NCBI RefSeq assembly: GCF_000015945.1
Contig: NC_009033.1
Span: forward strand, 1,140,001 to 1,172,000
Source of the DNA: Staphylothermus marinus F1
GTDB lineage: Archaea > Thermoproteota > Thermoprotei_A > Sulfolobales > Desulfurococcaceae
Reading direction: 5' to 3'
DNA length: 32,000 nt
In this document: piece after piece, positions 8,738-18,178 of the stretch
Layout of the letters: every line of letters begins with the position of its first letter
Numbering within the stretch: position 1 is the first letter of the stretch
The notes under the pieces: model-generated
The model's input: the letters and a program-made list of their open reading frames with translations, nothing else
What the model was told of the DNA's origin: nothing
Databases searched by the model: none
Program-made: the position numbers and the translations under genes

Positions 8738-9910
8738 TTGAGAATCAGATCAAAAGAAACACGAATAATAAAAAATTTAAAGAAAATATTTTCAAATAAA
8801 AAAACAATAGAGCTAGTCAATGCTTTAACGAGAGTCCGTAAATTAGGATACTATAGCTATGTTGGAAGAGAAATAGGATACGATCCCTATAAGCTTTCAA
8901 AGATTGTTGGCAGATTTTACAATAATAATATAGAGTTTACTGCAGTAATTGATTATTCAAAAATAGGTCTAGATATATTACTAGTATTTGTCGAGAAACA
9001 CATTGTAAAGTTTCATGAACTGCCTTTTATCGAATGGATTAAAAGTTATGGATTAACAAAAGATATATTTGGTACTTATATACAATACTATATTCCGTTT
9101 GAATACAGCAAAGAACTAGTACACAGTATACTAGAAGAATTAAAAAAGAAAGTTGATCAAAAACATGTTTATTATTATTATTTTGACACTAACATTCGTA
9201 GACAACCAAAGTTAACATTAAATATTGATAGACATCCATTAATAACTGGATATAATTTTAATAAGCTAAAGGAAATGATGGAAATATTCATGGAAAACAA
9301 ATATGTAATTAAAACTAGTACTACGGAACACTCTAAACCCCATGATATAATAGATCTTATGCTTATTAAGGAGTTTGAGAAAAACGCGTTTACAACTATA
9401 TACGATCTAGCAGATAAACTTTCTATACCTGTTAGAATACTTAACAGGCACTTAAACAATCACGTTCTTCGTTTTTCTTTAATTAAAGGAATTTATATGA
9501 AAACAGGTATTTTTGTTAGATACTTCGGCGATCCATTAGTAATTATTGTTAAAGCTAAAAATTATAACTTATACAGAGCCTTAATTCTTCTATTTGAAAA
9601 TTTGGAGAATTTAATTGGTATCTCGTATTCTGTTAATAGCAACGAAGAAATAAGTAGGGCCAAGTATGTTATTCAAGCTATAATGTTTGAAACACTAGGC
9701 AGGAAAGATGATATCTATTATTTTCTATTATCATTGCTTAACGATGGATATATTGAGGAAATTAAGACCTTGAGGTTTATATTGAAATCTTTCAGGAAAT
9801 TCACTATACCTTATCAGAATTTTCTGCAAGAGAAGAGGAATTGGGATTTAGATACTGAAAAAACTCATAAATTGTTTAAGAGAAGATTTATTTATAAATC
9901 TCCTTTTTGA
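8738..9910 (+). CDS. Hypothetical protein with two Lrp/AsnC-like HTH-plus-small-domain modules (putative transcription regulator)
   Basis: 390 aa. The segment DIIDLMLIKEFEKNAFTTIYDLADKLSIPVRILNRHLNNHV looks like an AsnC-type HTH, and a weaker copy lies near the N-terminus (TIELVNALTRVRKLGYYSYVGREIGYDPYKLSKIV). TTG start; assignment by pattern only. Confidence 0.45.
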   Translation: MRIRSKETRIIKNLKKIFSNKKTIELVNALTRVRKLGYYSYVGREIGYDPYKLSKIVGRFYNNNIEFTAVIDYSKIGLDILLVFVEKHIVKFHELPFIEWIKSYGLTKDIFGTYIQYYIPFEYSKELVHSILEELKKKVDQKHVYYYYFDTNIRRQPKLTLNIDRHPLITGYNFNKLKEMMEIFMENKYVIKTSTTEHSKPHDIIDLMLIKEFEKNAFTTIYDLADKLSIPVRILNRHLNNHVLRFSLIKGIYMKTGIFVRYFGDPLVIIVKAKNYNLYRALILLFENLENLIGISYSVNSNEEISRAKYVIQAIMFETLGRKDDIYYFLLSLLNDGYIEEIKTLRFILKSFRKFTIPYQNFLQEKRNWDLDTEKTHKLFKRRFIYKSPF

Positions 9911-9949
9911 TTGTTTTGTTAAAATGGTTTAAACCTAATATATTCTTAG

Positions 9950-9976
9950 TGAGTGTATTATTATATATTGAGTGTA
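9950..9976 (+). promoter_or_regulatory. Direct repeat TGAGTGTA x2 bracketing a TATA-like element upstream of the 9991 gene
   Basis: TGAGTGTA occurs at 9950-57 and 9969-76, with TTATTATATAT between the copies. The position fits a promoter for a nearly leaderless transcript starting near 9991. Confidence 0.3.
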
Positions 9977-9990
9977 ATAAGTGTGTTTAG

Positions 9991-11151
9991 GTGTGTTGTG
10001 TGAATAGTAAGTTGTTTATGCCGGTCTTTTCATTGGTTGTTAGGGGATCTATACTGGCTGTTTTAACAGTTATTTCGGTATGGGTTTATTTTGGTGCGTT
10101 AATTAATACTGGTACTGATATATTTACTTATTTAGCTTCGACTACTGGCTTGATTGGTTTAAGGTTGGCAGAGCTTTTAAAGATCTCTGTGATTATAGTG
10201 TTTCTCCTGGTTATTCTGGTTTATAGTTTGAGGAGGGATAGGTTAGGTATTGGTTTGTTAAGGTTTATGAGTTTATATTCGTTATCATTGTTGACAATAG
10301 TTGCAATCATTGAAGCTGTTGTGATAGCTTTTTTATTTATTCGTGGTATGAGTGTTTTTAGTGCGGGCGCATCATTAGTTATAATAGTTATTTTAGGATT
10401 ATTGATTGTTATTTTTTCTAAAAAGTATCCATTGGTCAGTATTACTTTGTCCACGTTGAACAAGGATGGTAGTGAATCATATGTATTCCCTGAAATCTCA
10501 CCCTTAATTCTGGACAATGAACAAGTATTAAGAATAAAGCTATATAGTTCGAAAAATGTGAAAATAATTACTGAGCCCTCAGAGAATTTTCAAGTATCTA
10601 GGCTAGTTAAAGGCCTTATGTATGATTATGTAGATATTAAACCTTTGACAACTATTGGTGGAAAAGTGAAGATATACGTTGATGACATACTCGTTTATAA
10701 TATGAGTATTAAGGCTAGAAATGTTGAGCTTAAAAACATGTTATTCACTGTTTTCTTCAACGATGATCCGGTTTATGAACAAGAATACCGTGTTGGATTA
10801 AATGAGACCATTCTTGATGCTTCAAAACAAGCAGTTAATGCTGCTTTAGCAAGGCTTGGATTATCATTTGATGATGTTAAAGAAATACAGTTCTTTACAG
10901 GGGAGAATATACGTATTCCACATAATGCTAGTATTAAGGATATCGCTAATGTTGATAAAGTATTAGTTAAGATATACTCTGTCGAGAAACATTTAGAGTT
11001 TCTCAAGTATTATAGGAAAGCCGATGTGTTCAAGTTATGGGATAGTTTAATGAAGCGTTTAGAAGTTCTAGCTGAGAATATGATGGAATTAGATTCTTTA
11101 ATCGATTCAGTTGTTTCAGAACTGAACACTATTTCTGGGAATTGGTGGTAA
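9991..11151 (+). CDS. Polytopic membrane protein with a large soluble C-terminal domain
   Basis: There are 4-5 hydrophobic helices in residues 10-155, followed by about 230 soluble residues. The start is ambiguous (GTG 9991 or the ATG of MPVFS, about 10018). Confidence 0.6.
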   Translation: MCCVNSKLFMPVFSLVVRGSILAVLTVISVWVYFGALINTGTDIFTYLASTTGLIGLRLAELLKISVIIVFLLVILVYSLRRDRLGIGLLRFMSLYSLSLLTIVAIIEAVVIAFLFIRGMSVFSAGASLVIIVILGLLIVIFSKKYPLVSITLSTLNKDGSESYVFPEISPLILDNEQVLRIKLYSSKNVKIITEPSENFQVSRLVKGLMYDYVDIKPLTTIGGKVKIYVDDILVYNMSIKARNVELKNMLFTVFFNDDPVYEQEYRVGLNETILDASKQAVNAALARLGLSFDDVKEIQFFTGENIRIPHNASIKDIANVDKVLVKIYSVEKHLEFLKYYRKADVFKLWDSLMKRLEVLAENMMELDSLIDSVVSELNTISGNWW

Positions 11152-11155
11152 GATA

Positions 11156-12550
11156 GTGCTTATACTATTATATGGTATGATGGATAAAGCTCCTATCTCT
11201 GGAAAAGATATAAGAAAACTCATCATATCTCCTAAGTATTCTAAAAGATATGATAGAAACGAACAAATAATTATAGAAGACGTTGGTTTTCCAAGATACC
11301 AACCATTAACAACAAGAGGATTCGATAGCATAGCTTACTCTTATAAACTGTCTAGTTTATTTCTAAAAGGAGTTAAGTTTTATGATGAGAAAATAGAAAT
11401 ATTAGTTAATGGTTCAGAAGGCTTCGATCTTGGTACTACTCTAAGTATTCTCCAAAATATTAGTAAATATGAGAAAATACCCGAGATCTATTTATTCATA
11501 GAAACACCGGGGTTGAAGAGTAGTTCATTTATTCTGGGAAGGTTTTATGCTTGGTTAAAAACCTTGTTTCTATACGATATATTTTTTAATTCTATTAGAG
11601 AAGGAGCTATGAAAATAGTTTTTCTATTACCTGATCAACCCCCTCAGATATATAAGTTATTAGTTGATTTAGTTGAGAAGGCATATTTAGAAGATGGTAT
11701 TTATTCATTAATTGATTTAAGAATTAAGCGCTTCTTATTTCCTCTACTGGATTTATTATCGTTAGCTAAGATCTTAAGTATTAAGGGTAAAGTTGAAGAA
11801 TTAATAAAAGAATACAAAACAATTCTCTTACTAATAAATCACCTATTAAATGAAGCTTCTCCTGATCTCTGGGATATTGCTAGAAAAGACAAAAAAACAA
11901 TATGGAAAAGCATATTCCCATATAAAAAATTAAGTAGTAGAATTAATTATTTAGATGAAAACCTACGTAAAATAATAGCTCTTCTAGAGAATAAAGATAA
12001 TAATTATACTGTTCCAGCCATAGATCCAAAGTTGTTATTTGAGAAGTTATTGTCAGGCATTAATTTATCGAGCATTTATAGATCACTAAATCTAAATGAT
12101 CTGATAGAGAAAATATCGAATATCCCATCAGAACAACTCATTAGATTATATAATGAGGGAAGTAAATCTGCTATTAAAAGTATTTGGAGAAAAATATTTG
12201 TCAGCGAAGATATTGCTCGTGGATATACAAAGAGAGAGAACATAGTTGTAGTTTACGGTAGAGTTAACGAGATAATTGTGGCTGATTATGGATTAGTAAC
12301 AATATGTGAAGACTGCGATCTTCCAAGTTATCTACCAATAGAGTATAGAAATGCTTATTATGAAAGAATAGGAGTATTCATGGATACATATTATCCAGAA
12401 TTCGTCAAAATAAACAATGTAGAGTTTAGTTCAAACGAAATACATAATATGAAATTATTGAATTACCTAGGATATCAATTGCTCAGAGAAAAAGGGAAAG
12501 AAAACATGTATAAACCATTATTCGATAAAATCAAGGAAGCAACATACTGA
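11156..12550 (+). CDS. Hypothetical protein (464 aa), no recognisable family
   Basis: Long ORF starting 4 nt after the preceding gene's stop. No P-loop or other signature seen. Confidence 0.6.
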   Translation: MLILLYGMMDKAPISGKDIRKLIISPKYSKRYDRNEQIIIEDVGFPRYQPLTTRGFDSIAYSYKLSSLFLKGVKFYDEKIEILVNGSEGFDLGTTLSILQNISKYEKIPEIYLFIETPGLKSSSFILGRFYAWLKTLFLYDIFFNSIREGAMKIVFLLPDQPPQIYKLLVDLVEKAYLEDGIYSLIDLRIKRFLFPLLDLLSLAKILSIKGKVEELIKEYKTILLLINHLLNEASPDLWDIARKDKKTIWKSIFPYKKLSSRINYLDENLRKIIALLENKDNNYTVPAIDPKLLFEKLLSGINLSSIYRSLNLNDLIEKISNIPSEQLIRLYNEGSKSAIKSIWRKIFVSEDIARGYTKRENIVVVYGRVNEIIVADYGLVTICEDCDLPSYLPIEYRNAYYERIGVFMDTYYPEFVKINNVEFSSNEIHNMKLLNYLGYQLLREKGKENMYKPLFDKIKEATY

Positions 12551-12594
12551 GAAAACAGAATGAAGTAGTAGAGAAAGAGAAGAGGGCTTTGTAA

Positions 12595-13443
12595 ATGCTT
12601 CCCGTTCATCTAGGACCCGCAGGTAAACCTTTATCTATGAAAAACCAAAAAATAGAAGTTGCTCCACGATTTCTAAAGGAGATAGGCTTAAACGCTATGG
12701 AGTATGAAGCTGTAAGAGGAGTAAGAATCACTAGGGAAAAAGCATATAAACTCGGAGAAGAAGCGCGGAAAAATGATATTTTATTGAGCATTCATGCACC
12801 CTATTTTATAAATCTTGCTAGCTCTAAGAATAAAGTCATAGAAGCCAGTATATCTAGGCTGATTAAAAGTATTGAAGCAGCTTCATGGATGAATGCATAC
12901 ATTGTTGTTTTTCATCTAGGATATTATGGAGAATATAATAGGAATGAAGCACTAAGAAAAGTTATTAATAGTTTAAAACAAGTCATTGAATACAGGAATA
13001 CTATGGGTTATAAAAGAATCATTCTAGGCCCTGAAACTGCTGGGAAAAAATCGCAGATAGGCGGTCTCGAGGAAATAATTAATATTTCGTCTCTACTTGA
13101 TAATGTCCGGCCAGTTATAGATTGGGCTCATTTACATGCAAGAAGTAATGGTAAGTTAATTAATAGTATTGATAATGTTATAGAAGTTATTGAGATAATA
13201 GAGAAAAACCTTGGAGGAGAAGCAGTAAATCCTCTACACTCGCATTTCTCTAAGATAGAATATAGTAGTAAAGGAGAGATAAGACATCATTCCCTAAAGG
13301 AGAAGGAATATGGTCCCTGCTTCGAGACTGTATGTAAGGGTTTATGTGAGACCGGCATTAATTCTGTAGTAATATCTGAGAGCCCCCTACTTGAAATTGA
13401 TGCATTAGAAATGAAGAAAATATGTAATAGAATATGTGGTTGA
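12595..13443 (+). CDS. nfo: Endonuclease IV (AP endonuclease, TIM-barrel family 2)
   Basis: Motifs HAPYFINLAS, VVFHLGYYG, GPETAGKKSQIGG..EEI, IDWAHLHARSNG and VVISESP match the endonuclease IV metal-binding layout. Confidence 0.85.
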   Translation: MLPVHLGPAGKPLSMKNQKIEVAPRFLKEIGLNAMEYEAVRGVRITREKAYKLGEEARKNDILLSIHAPYFINLASSKNKVIEASISRLIKSIEAASWMNAYIVVFHLGYYGEYNRNEALRKVINSLKQVIEYRNTMGYKRIILGPETAGKKSQIGGLEEIINISSLLDNVRPVIDWAHLHARSNGKLINSIDNVIEVIEIIEKNLGGEAVNPLHSHFSKIEYSSKGEIRHHSLKEKEYGPCFETVCKGLCETGINSVVISESPLLEIDALEMKKICNRICG

Positions 13444-13449
13444 ATAGTT

Positions 13450-14034
13450 ATGCTGACAAAGTTAAGGAGCTATGTTAAAGTATACCTGGAAAAGATCGGT
13501 TTCAAGATTGCTCGTACCGGTATTAAGCCAAATCATATTACAAGTTTATCTCTAATGTTTGCTTTTCTAGCATTTGTTTCAATAGCTTATTTCTCTAGGG
13601 TTTCATGGTTTATATTATTTATTATTTTGTCAGGGCTTATGGATGTATTAGATGGTGCTGTAGCTAGAGCGTCTGGAAATGTAACACGTTTTGGAGGATT
13701 TCTCGATTCAACTCTTGATAGGTTTTCAGACGCTCTATTTATTATTTCATTACTATACATGGGTTTCGGCATCTTAGATGTTTTTTCTCTTCTAATATTT
13801 TCTTTTATGATAAGCTATTCGAGAGCTAAAGCTGAATCTTTGAATATTAAAATGGAAGGTGTGGGGATTATTGAGAGAGGAGAGAGATTGTTATTTATCT
13901 TTTTAATTGCATTTTTTGTTTATCTAGGATTCTTTAATGTAAGTTTGTTTTTATTCTATACATTATTAGCATTATCTATTCTAACAGTATTACAGAGAAT
14001 AATACATGTATATAAAGAAACAAGACAAACTTAA
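13450..14034 (+). CDS. CDP-alcohol phosphatidyltransferase family protein (possibly archaetidylinositol-phosphate synthase-like)
   Basis: Signature DVLDGAVARASGNVTRFGGFLDSTLDRFSD (DGx2ARx8Gx3Dx3D) in a 194-aa polytopic protein. Confidence 0.9.
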   Translation: MLTKLRSYVKVYLEKIGFKIARTGIKPNHITSLSLMFAFLAFVSIAYFSRVSWFILFIILSGLMDVLDGAVARASGNVTRFGGFLDSTLDRFSDALFIISLLYMGFGILDVFSLLIFSFMISYSRAKAESLNIKMEGVGIIERGERLLFIFLIAFFVYLGFFNVSLFLFYTLLALSILTVLQRIIHVYKETRQT

Positions 14035-14053
14035 TAGGCTATACCGTGTAGTA

Positions 14054-16105
14054 TTAGATATTAATTGCTGATAAATCATAATGTCCTGCCAGCGGTAATG
14101 GTGTTCGAAACGATATATAGCTCATTCTCAATATGTGGCTCTTAACAATTCCTACTCTATCACTAGCTCTAATAACTAGCTCTCTATATTCACTTGGTAT
14201 ATCGAGGCTGGATAATTGGCTTTTATCCATTCTTAAAACTATTTTAGTATTTGCTAATTGGAGAATTATATCATGAACATCTTTTGGTGAATGAGTTGAG
14301 AACACTAGTCCTAGTCTACGAGCTCTTCCAAGCCTAGCTATTCTATCAATCATACTCGATACGTGCTCAATATATTCTTCTCGCCCCCCTCCCTTGCTTG
14401 GAAAGAATCTATGGGCTTCATCAATTAGTATTATTACTGGTTGAGTATAGATTCTTTGTCTTGTTCGTAATATCTTCCATGAGAATACTCTGTTTAGGAT
14501 TCTGAATGCAACTATGCTAATTATTTTCTCTGGATCAGCTATGCTGTTTTCCTGGAGATATTCTAGATCAATTATTATCGGGTATCCTTCAAATATTTCA
14601 TAGTGTTTTTCAAGCATTGTCTCAATTGGTGGTTCATGTAAGTATTTATCCTCGCCTTTTCCTTGTTTAACTTCAATATCAAATAAACCTGTATCAATTA
14701 GTGAGCCTATTTGTCTAATCATGTTTTCTAGTGTTGATTTATGAATAGCTAGTTCTTTTATTAATTCGACAATGTATTCACGGTTTGGATCAATTATTAT
14801 TCCATGTTTAGTTCCAGGTTTCTCATGATATCTTATCCTTGCTTCTCTGAGAGATTCGTAGAAATCATAAATGGTTTCAACAACTGCGTTTTTGGCTTTT
14901 AAGTAATTCATTAATCTAAATAAACCATCTTTTGCTTGGCGAGTAAAATAGGGGTTTAGAGATATGAATTCTTTTGATGATATATCTTTAAACCTGAAAC
15001 CATAGGGTATTATGAACAATGTGAATTCATCTATGTCATCTCCATAATTCACCTTGATTATTAACTTGACAAATCTGAGTGGTGGATTTCCGGGTTCTTC
15101 TATAACGCTTAACTTATCAATAGAAAGACTCCACCCCATTCTTAACGCAATAGATTCATATGTTGATCTAACATAGTCTTCTGCAATGAACTTAAGTGTT
15201 TTCGCCCAATTATACTCCCCGCCTATACGTTCAATTACGTAACGAGTTATTGGGAGAATAATCACTAATCCTTTAGGTCTTTTTACTTTATCCTTTGTTT
15301 TTTCCAGTATTTTCTGTTCTAACTCCTTATCTACGCCTTCGCTGAACTCCCACCTAGGTTTTAGTGGGAGTGTTACATAATCTCTGTTCGGATCCATTAT
15401 TATCATTGTTGTATCTATTTCATTTCTTATATTGTATCTAGAATATAATGAGGTAACCATGTTTTTGAGTAATGTTGTTTTTCCTGAACCTGTCGTTCCC
15501 AGTACAAGTACGTGTTGATAAAATGTTTTTAGGGGAAGATAGAGTGGTGCACCAATATCAAATACTGGTTTATCACCTATTGTTACATATCCAATGAAAA
15601 CTCCTTCAGTGGGTAATCCCAATATTTTCTGTATCACTACTGGATTTCTCAGCTTTATTACAGGGGATTGTGGCTCAATAACGTAATTGGCTATGCTGAC
15701 ACTGCCTGTTTCCGGATCATATTCTAATAGAGGTTTTGCTTTGACCCGTGTCCTAGTTAGTAGTCCTGAGACTTCTCTTCCAGGCAGGGAAATGTACATA
15801 TCTGGTAGATCAAGTTCTGCAAGAATATCGCGTCTCTCGACACCTAAGACTTTCATACTTATTATATGCTCTGTCTTAATATCTACTACTGCTAAATAAC
15901 TACCAGCGGAAGCAATATCTATGAAATTGCTAAAGTAAGTAGCGGGGTCCACGTCGAAAATAACTATTCCTCCTTCCTCGGTTATGCTTGAAGGACTTGT
16001 TCGCGATACCCATCCAATTATATCTCCGTACTTCTCAGCTATTTCAACGGCTTTTCTAAACTTTTTCTCGAGCTTAGCTATTATATCATCCATAACCTGC
16101 ACCAC
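14054..16105 (-). CDS. HerA/FtsK-class (DUF87) hexameric ATPase paralogue with a long Walker A to Walker B insertion
   Basis: It has a beta-rich N-terminal region (HAS-barrel-like), Walker A GTTGSGKTT (residues 203-211), Walker B VIILIDEAHRF (about 557-566) and an Arg-rich RLGRARRLG segment. Confidence 0.85.
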   Translation of the reverse strand: MVQVMDDIIAKLEKKFRKAVEIAEKYGDIIGWVSRTSPSSITEEGGIVIFDVDPATYFSNFIDIASAGSYLAVVDIKTEHIISMKVLGVERRDILAELDLPDMYISLPGREVSGLLTRTRVKAKPLLEYDPETGSVSIANYVIEPQSPVIKLRNPVVIQKILGLPTEGVFIGYVTIGDKPVFDIGAPLYLPLKTFYQHVLVLGTTGSGKTTLLKNMVTSLYSRYNIRNEIDTTMIIMDPNRDYVTLPLKPRWEFSEGVDKELEQKILEKTKDKVKRPKGLVIILPITRYVIERIGGEYNWAKTLKFIAEDYVRSTYESIALRMGWSLSIDKLSVIEEPGNPPLRFVKLIIKVNYGDDIDEFTLFIIPYGFRFKDISSKEFISLNPYFTRQAKDGLFRLMNYLKAKNAVVETIYDFYESLREARIRYHEKPGTKHGIIIDPNREYIVELIKELAIHKSTLENMIRQIGSLIDTGLFDIEVKQGKGEDKYLHEPPIETMLEKHYEIFEGYPIIIDLEYLQENSIADPEKIISIVAFRILNRVFSWKILRTRQRIYTQPVIILIDEAHRFFPSKGGGREEYIEHVSSMIDRIARLGRARRLGLVFSTHSPKDVHDIILQLANTKIVLRMDKSQLSSLDIPSEYRELVIRASDRVGIVKSHILRMSYISFRTPLPLAGHYDLSAINI

Positions 16106-16118
16106 TACATGATTAATT

Positions 16119-17333
16119 CTATAATGAAATATACCTTAATGTTGTTTCGCCGCTCTGCGAAATTTCACGTATTAAATTATTGGCTATTGCTGAAGTGATC
16201 TTTTTAACTCTTTGATCAACGATCAATATACTTAGAGGCAATATACTCCCTGCAACAACACTATCGTAAAGAACAGGATCTAGAGAGGATATATTTTTAT
16301 TATCCAGGAATCTCTCAGAGCTACTTAGGATCTCAAACCTATAAAAAGCGTATTCTCTGAATCCACTATATCCATAAATTGTTCTTTTAGGTATTCCGAG
16401 ATAATATATTTTCTTGACAGGAAAAACAGTGTTTAAACGAGTATTGTAGAAAGAATATTCAATTGGTCCAAGAACAAATATTTTAACATTGTTTTTTACA
16501 ACATTATTAACTGCCAGCGATAGATATGCTTCATCATTTATTCGGGCATTCCCAGCTATTCCTAAAGGATCAATTCTTGATAATAGATTTGTTTTATATA
16601 ATCTTTTGACAATTCCTATAACCACATTGTTTCTGCTAATTATTTTTTCGACAAGCTTTACTCTTTCCTTCATAAGGATTTTCCAGGCTTGAAGATACTG
16701 ATACTCCATACTGTTTTTATCGATGTCTTTTATAATTGGTGGAACATAATATATTGGTCCATCAAGAAACAATATCGAGTCTTCTATGTTTCTAGAACAT
16801 AATTGTTTCAACATATAGTTTTCCAGCCTAATTCTAAGTTCATCTAGTATTGCGAATTTATTATAGCTTGGAGTATAGGGTGCTCCAGCAGGGTTATGTG
16901 TATAAGCTATCTCTTCTATATCACTACGTATATCATCTATAATAGATATGATTTCTGGAACAATTGCTAAAAACTTACCAGTACTTGTTGGAGAACTTCT
17001 TATTAGTTGAGAAGGTTCTGGGTGATCTATTATGAATCCGTTGAATCTATTAATAACTGATACAGAACCAATTGCTATAAATAAATATGGAGTATCAACA
17101 ACTCTTGAGCTGCTGTCAACAGCATATATGTTTGTGAATCGTTTACTCGGATAAATTTTACCTAAATCAATAAAGGTCATTTCCGGTTTTCTAGTTGTTT
17201 TAACATTTTCAGATACATATTCAATGTAATCGTAGAGTCTATGTATTCTACTATCATCATCTCTTGCGTACGTATCTATATTGTTCTCTGCGATCCTTCT
17301 TATCTTATCGATTAAATATGTTAATGATCCCAT
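16119..17333 (-). CDS. NurA-domain nuclease paralogue
   Basis: NurA-like motif series: IYAVDSSS, DELRIRLE, ILFLDGPIYY, VIGIVKR, INDEAYL and C-terminal LSILIVDQRVKK. It lies directly upstream of the HerA-like gene with a 13-nt gap. Confidence 0.7.
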   Translation of the reverse strand: MGSLTYLIDKIRRIAENNIDTYARDDDSRIHRLYDYIEYVSENVKTTRKPEMTFIDLGKIYPSKRFTNIYAVDSSSRVVDTPYLFIAIGSVSVINRFNGFIIDHPEPSQLIRSSPTSTGKFLAIVPEIISIIDDIRSDIEEIAYTHNPAGAPYTPSYNKFAILDELRIRLENYMLKQLCSRNIEDSILFLDGPIYYVPPIIKDIDKNSMEYQYLQAWKILMKERVKLVEKIISRNNVVIGIVKRLYKTNLLSRIDPLGIAGNARINDEAYLSLAVNNVVKNNVKIFVLGPIEYSFYNTRLNTVFPVKKIYYLGIPKRTIYGYSGFREYAFYRFEILSSSERFLDNKNISSLDPVLYDSVVAGSILPLSILIVDQRVKKITSAIANNLIREISQSGETTLRYISL

Positions 17334-17404
17334 GATTCTCCTCCAATATTTATTTGGGACATATAATATGATTTAAAAATAGTTGGAACTGGATTCTTCT
17401 GTAG

Positions 17405-18175
17405 GTGAATAACATATTGTATAATAAAGCCTTATATTCGGCGCTAATGATTATCGGAATAATATTTTATGTATTGGGAGCTCTGTATGTGTATCAGCTT
17501 GCATCTATTGTTTTAAACAATACAGTTCCATTATTAGAAGCTATATCTTCTACCCGAATGGGGTTTCAAGTGGAATATATCAATGTTACTCAAGAAAATA
17601 ATGAATCGATAAGGGTCTCCGTAAAAGTTTTAGTCAATATTACATGGAACAAGACAGCACCGATAAAGGGTCCTAATTATGAAGTCGTATGGAAAAATAA
17701 GACTGTGGGGAAAATAAATATTGAATCGATGAATAAACCTCTCGTTAACAAAGTTTTGACTATAAAATTCTTAGTGAATAAAAATGATCTCAGCGAAAGA
17801 CTGTATTTGTCGGTTATGATGGATACAGGTATAGGTAAAATAAAAATAACACAACCAGCAGTTAACGTATCTTCCTTACTAAGCCAAACAAAATTGTTAA
17901 TTGAAAAAATACAAGTAGAAAAATATCAGGGAAAAGATTATCTAGTATTCAATGTTTCTTCGCCACGTGATGTTGTAAAAGCCCCGGTTAAAATAATATT
18001 AATGGATCAAGATGGGAGGGTTTTAATGGATAAGGTTTACGAGGACTTCTATGTATCTCCAAATAATAAATACACTGTATCCTTAGATATTACGGGCATT
18101 GATCCGGGAAGTATTAGATATATTGAGTTCTCTGTCTACGGGATAAGAATTGCATTGTTCACGTTGGGTGGTTAA
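17405..18175 (+). CDS. Membrane-anchored extracellular protein with many N-glycosylation sequons
   Basis: One N-terminal hydrophobic helix, then a beta-rich domain with NNT, NVT, NES, NIT, NKT and NVS sequons. Confidence 0.6.
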   Translation: MNNILYNKALYSALMIIGIIFYVLGALYVYQLASIVLNNTVPLLEAISSTRMGFQVEYINVTQENNESIRVSVKVLVNITWNKTAPIKGPNYEVVWKNKTVGKINIESMNKPLVNKVLTIKFLVNKNDLSERLYLSVMMDTGIGKIKITQPAVNVSSLLSQTKLLIEKIQVEKYQGKDYLVFNVSSPRDVVKAPVKIILMDQDGRVLMDKVYEDFYVSPNNKYTVSLDITGIDPGSIRYIEFSVYGIRIALFTLGG

Positions 18176-18178
18176 AAT

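Noticed and set aside
9178-11331. Several 70-100-aa minus-strand ORFs (9178-9459, 10221-10517, 10773-11006, 11116-11331)
   Set aside because: All lie antisense within longer plus-strand ORFs. None has a motif or an independent start context.
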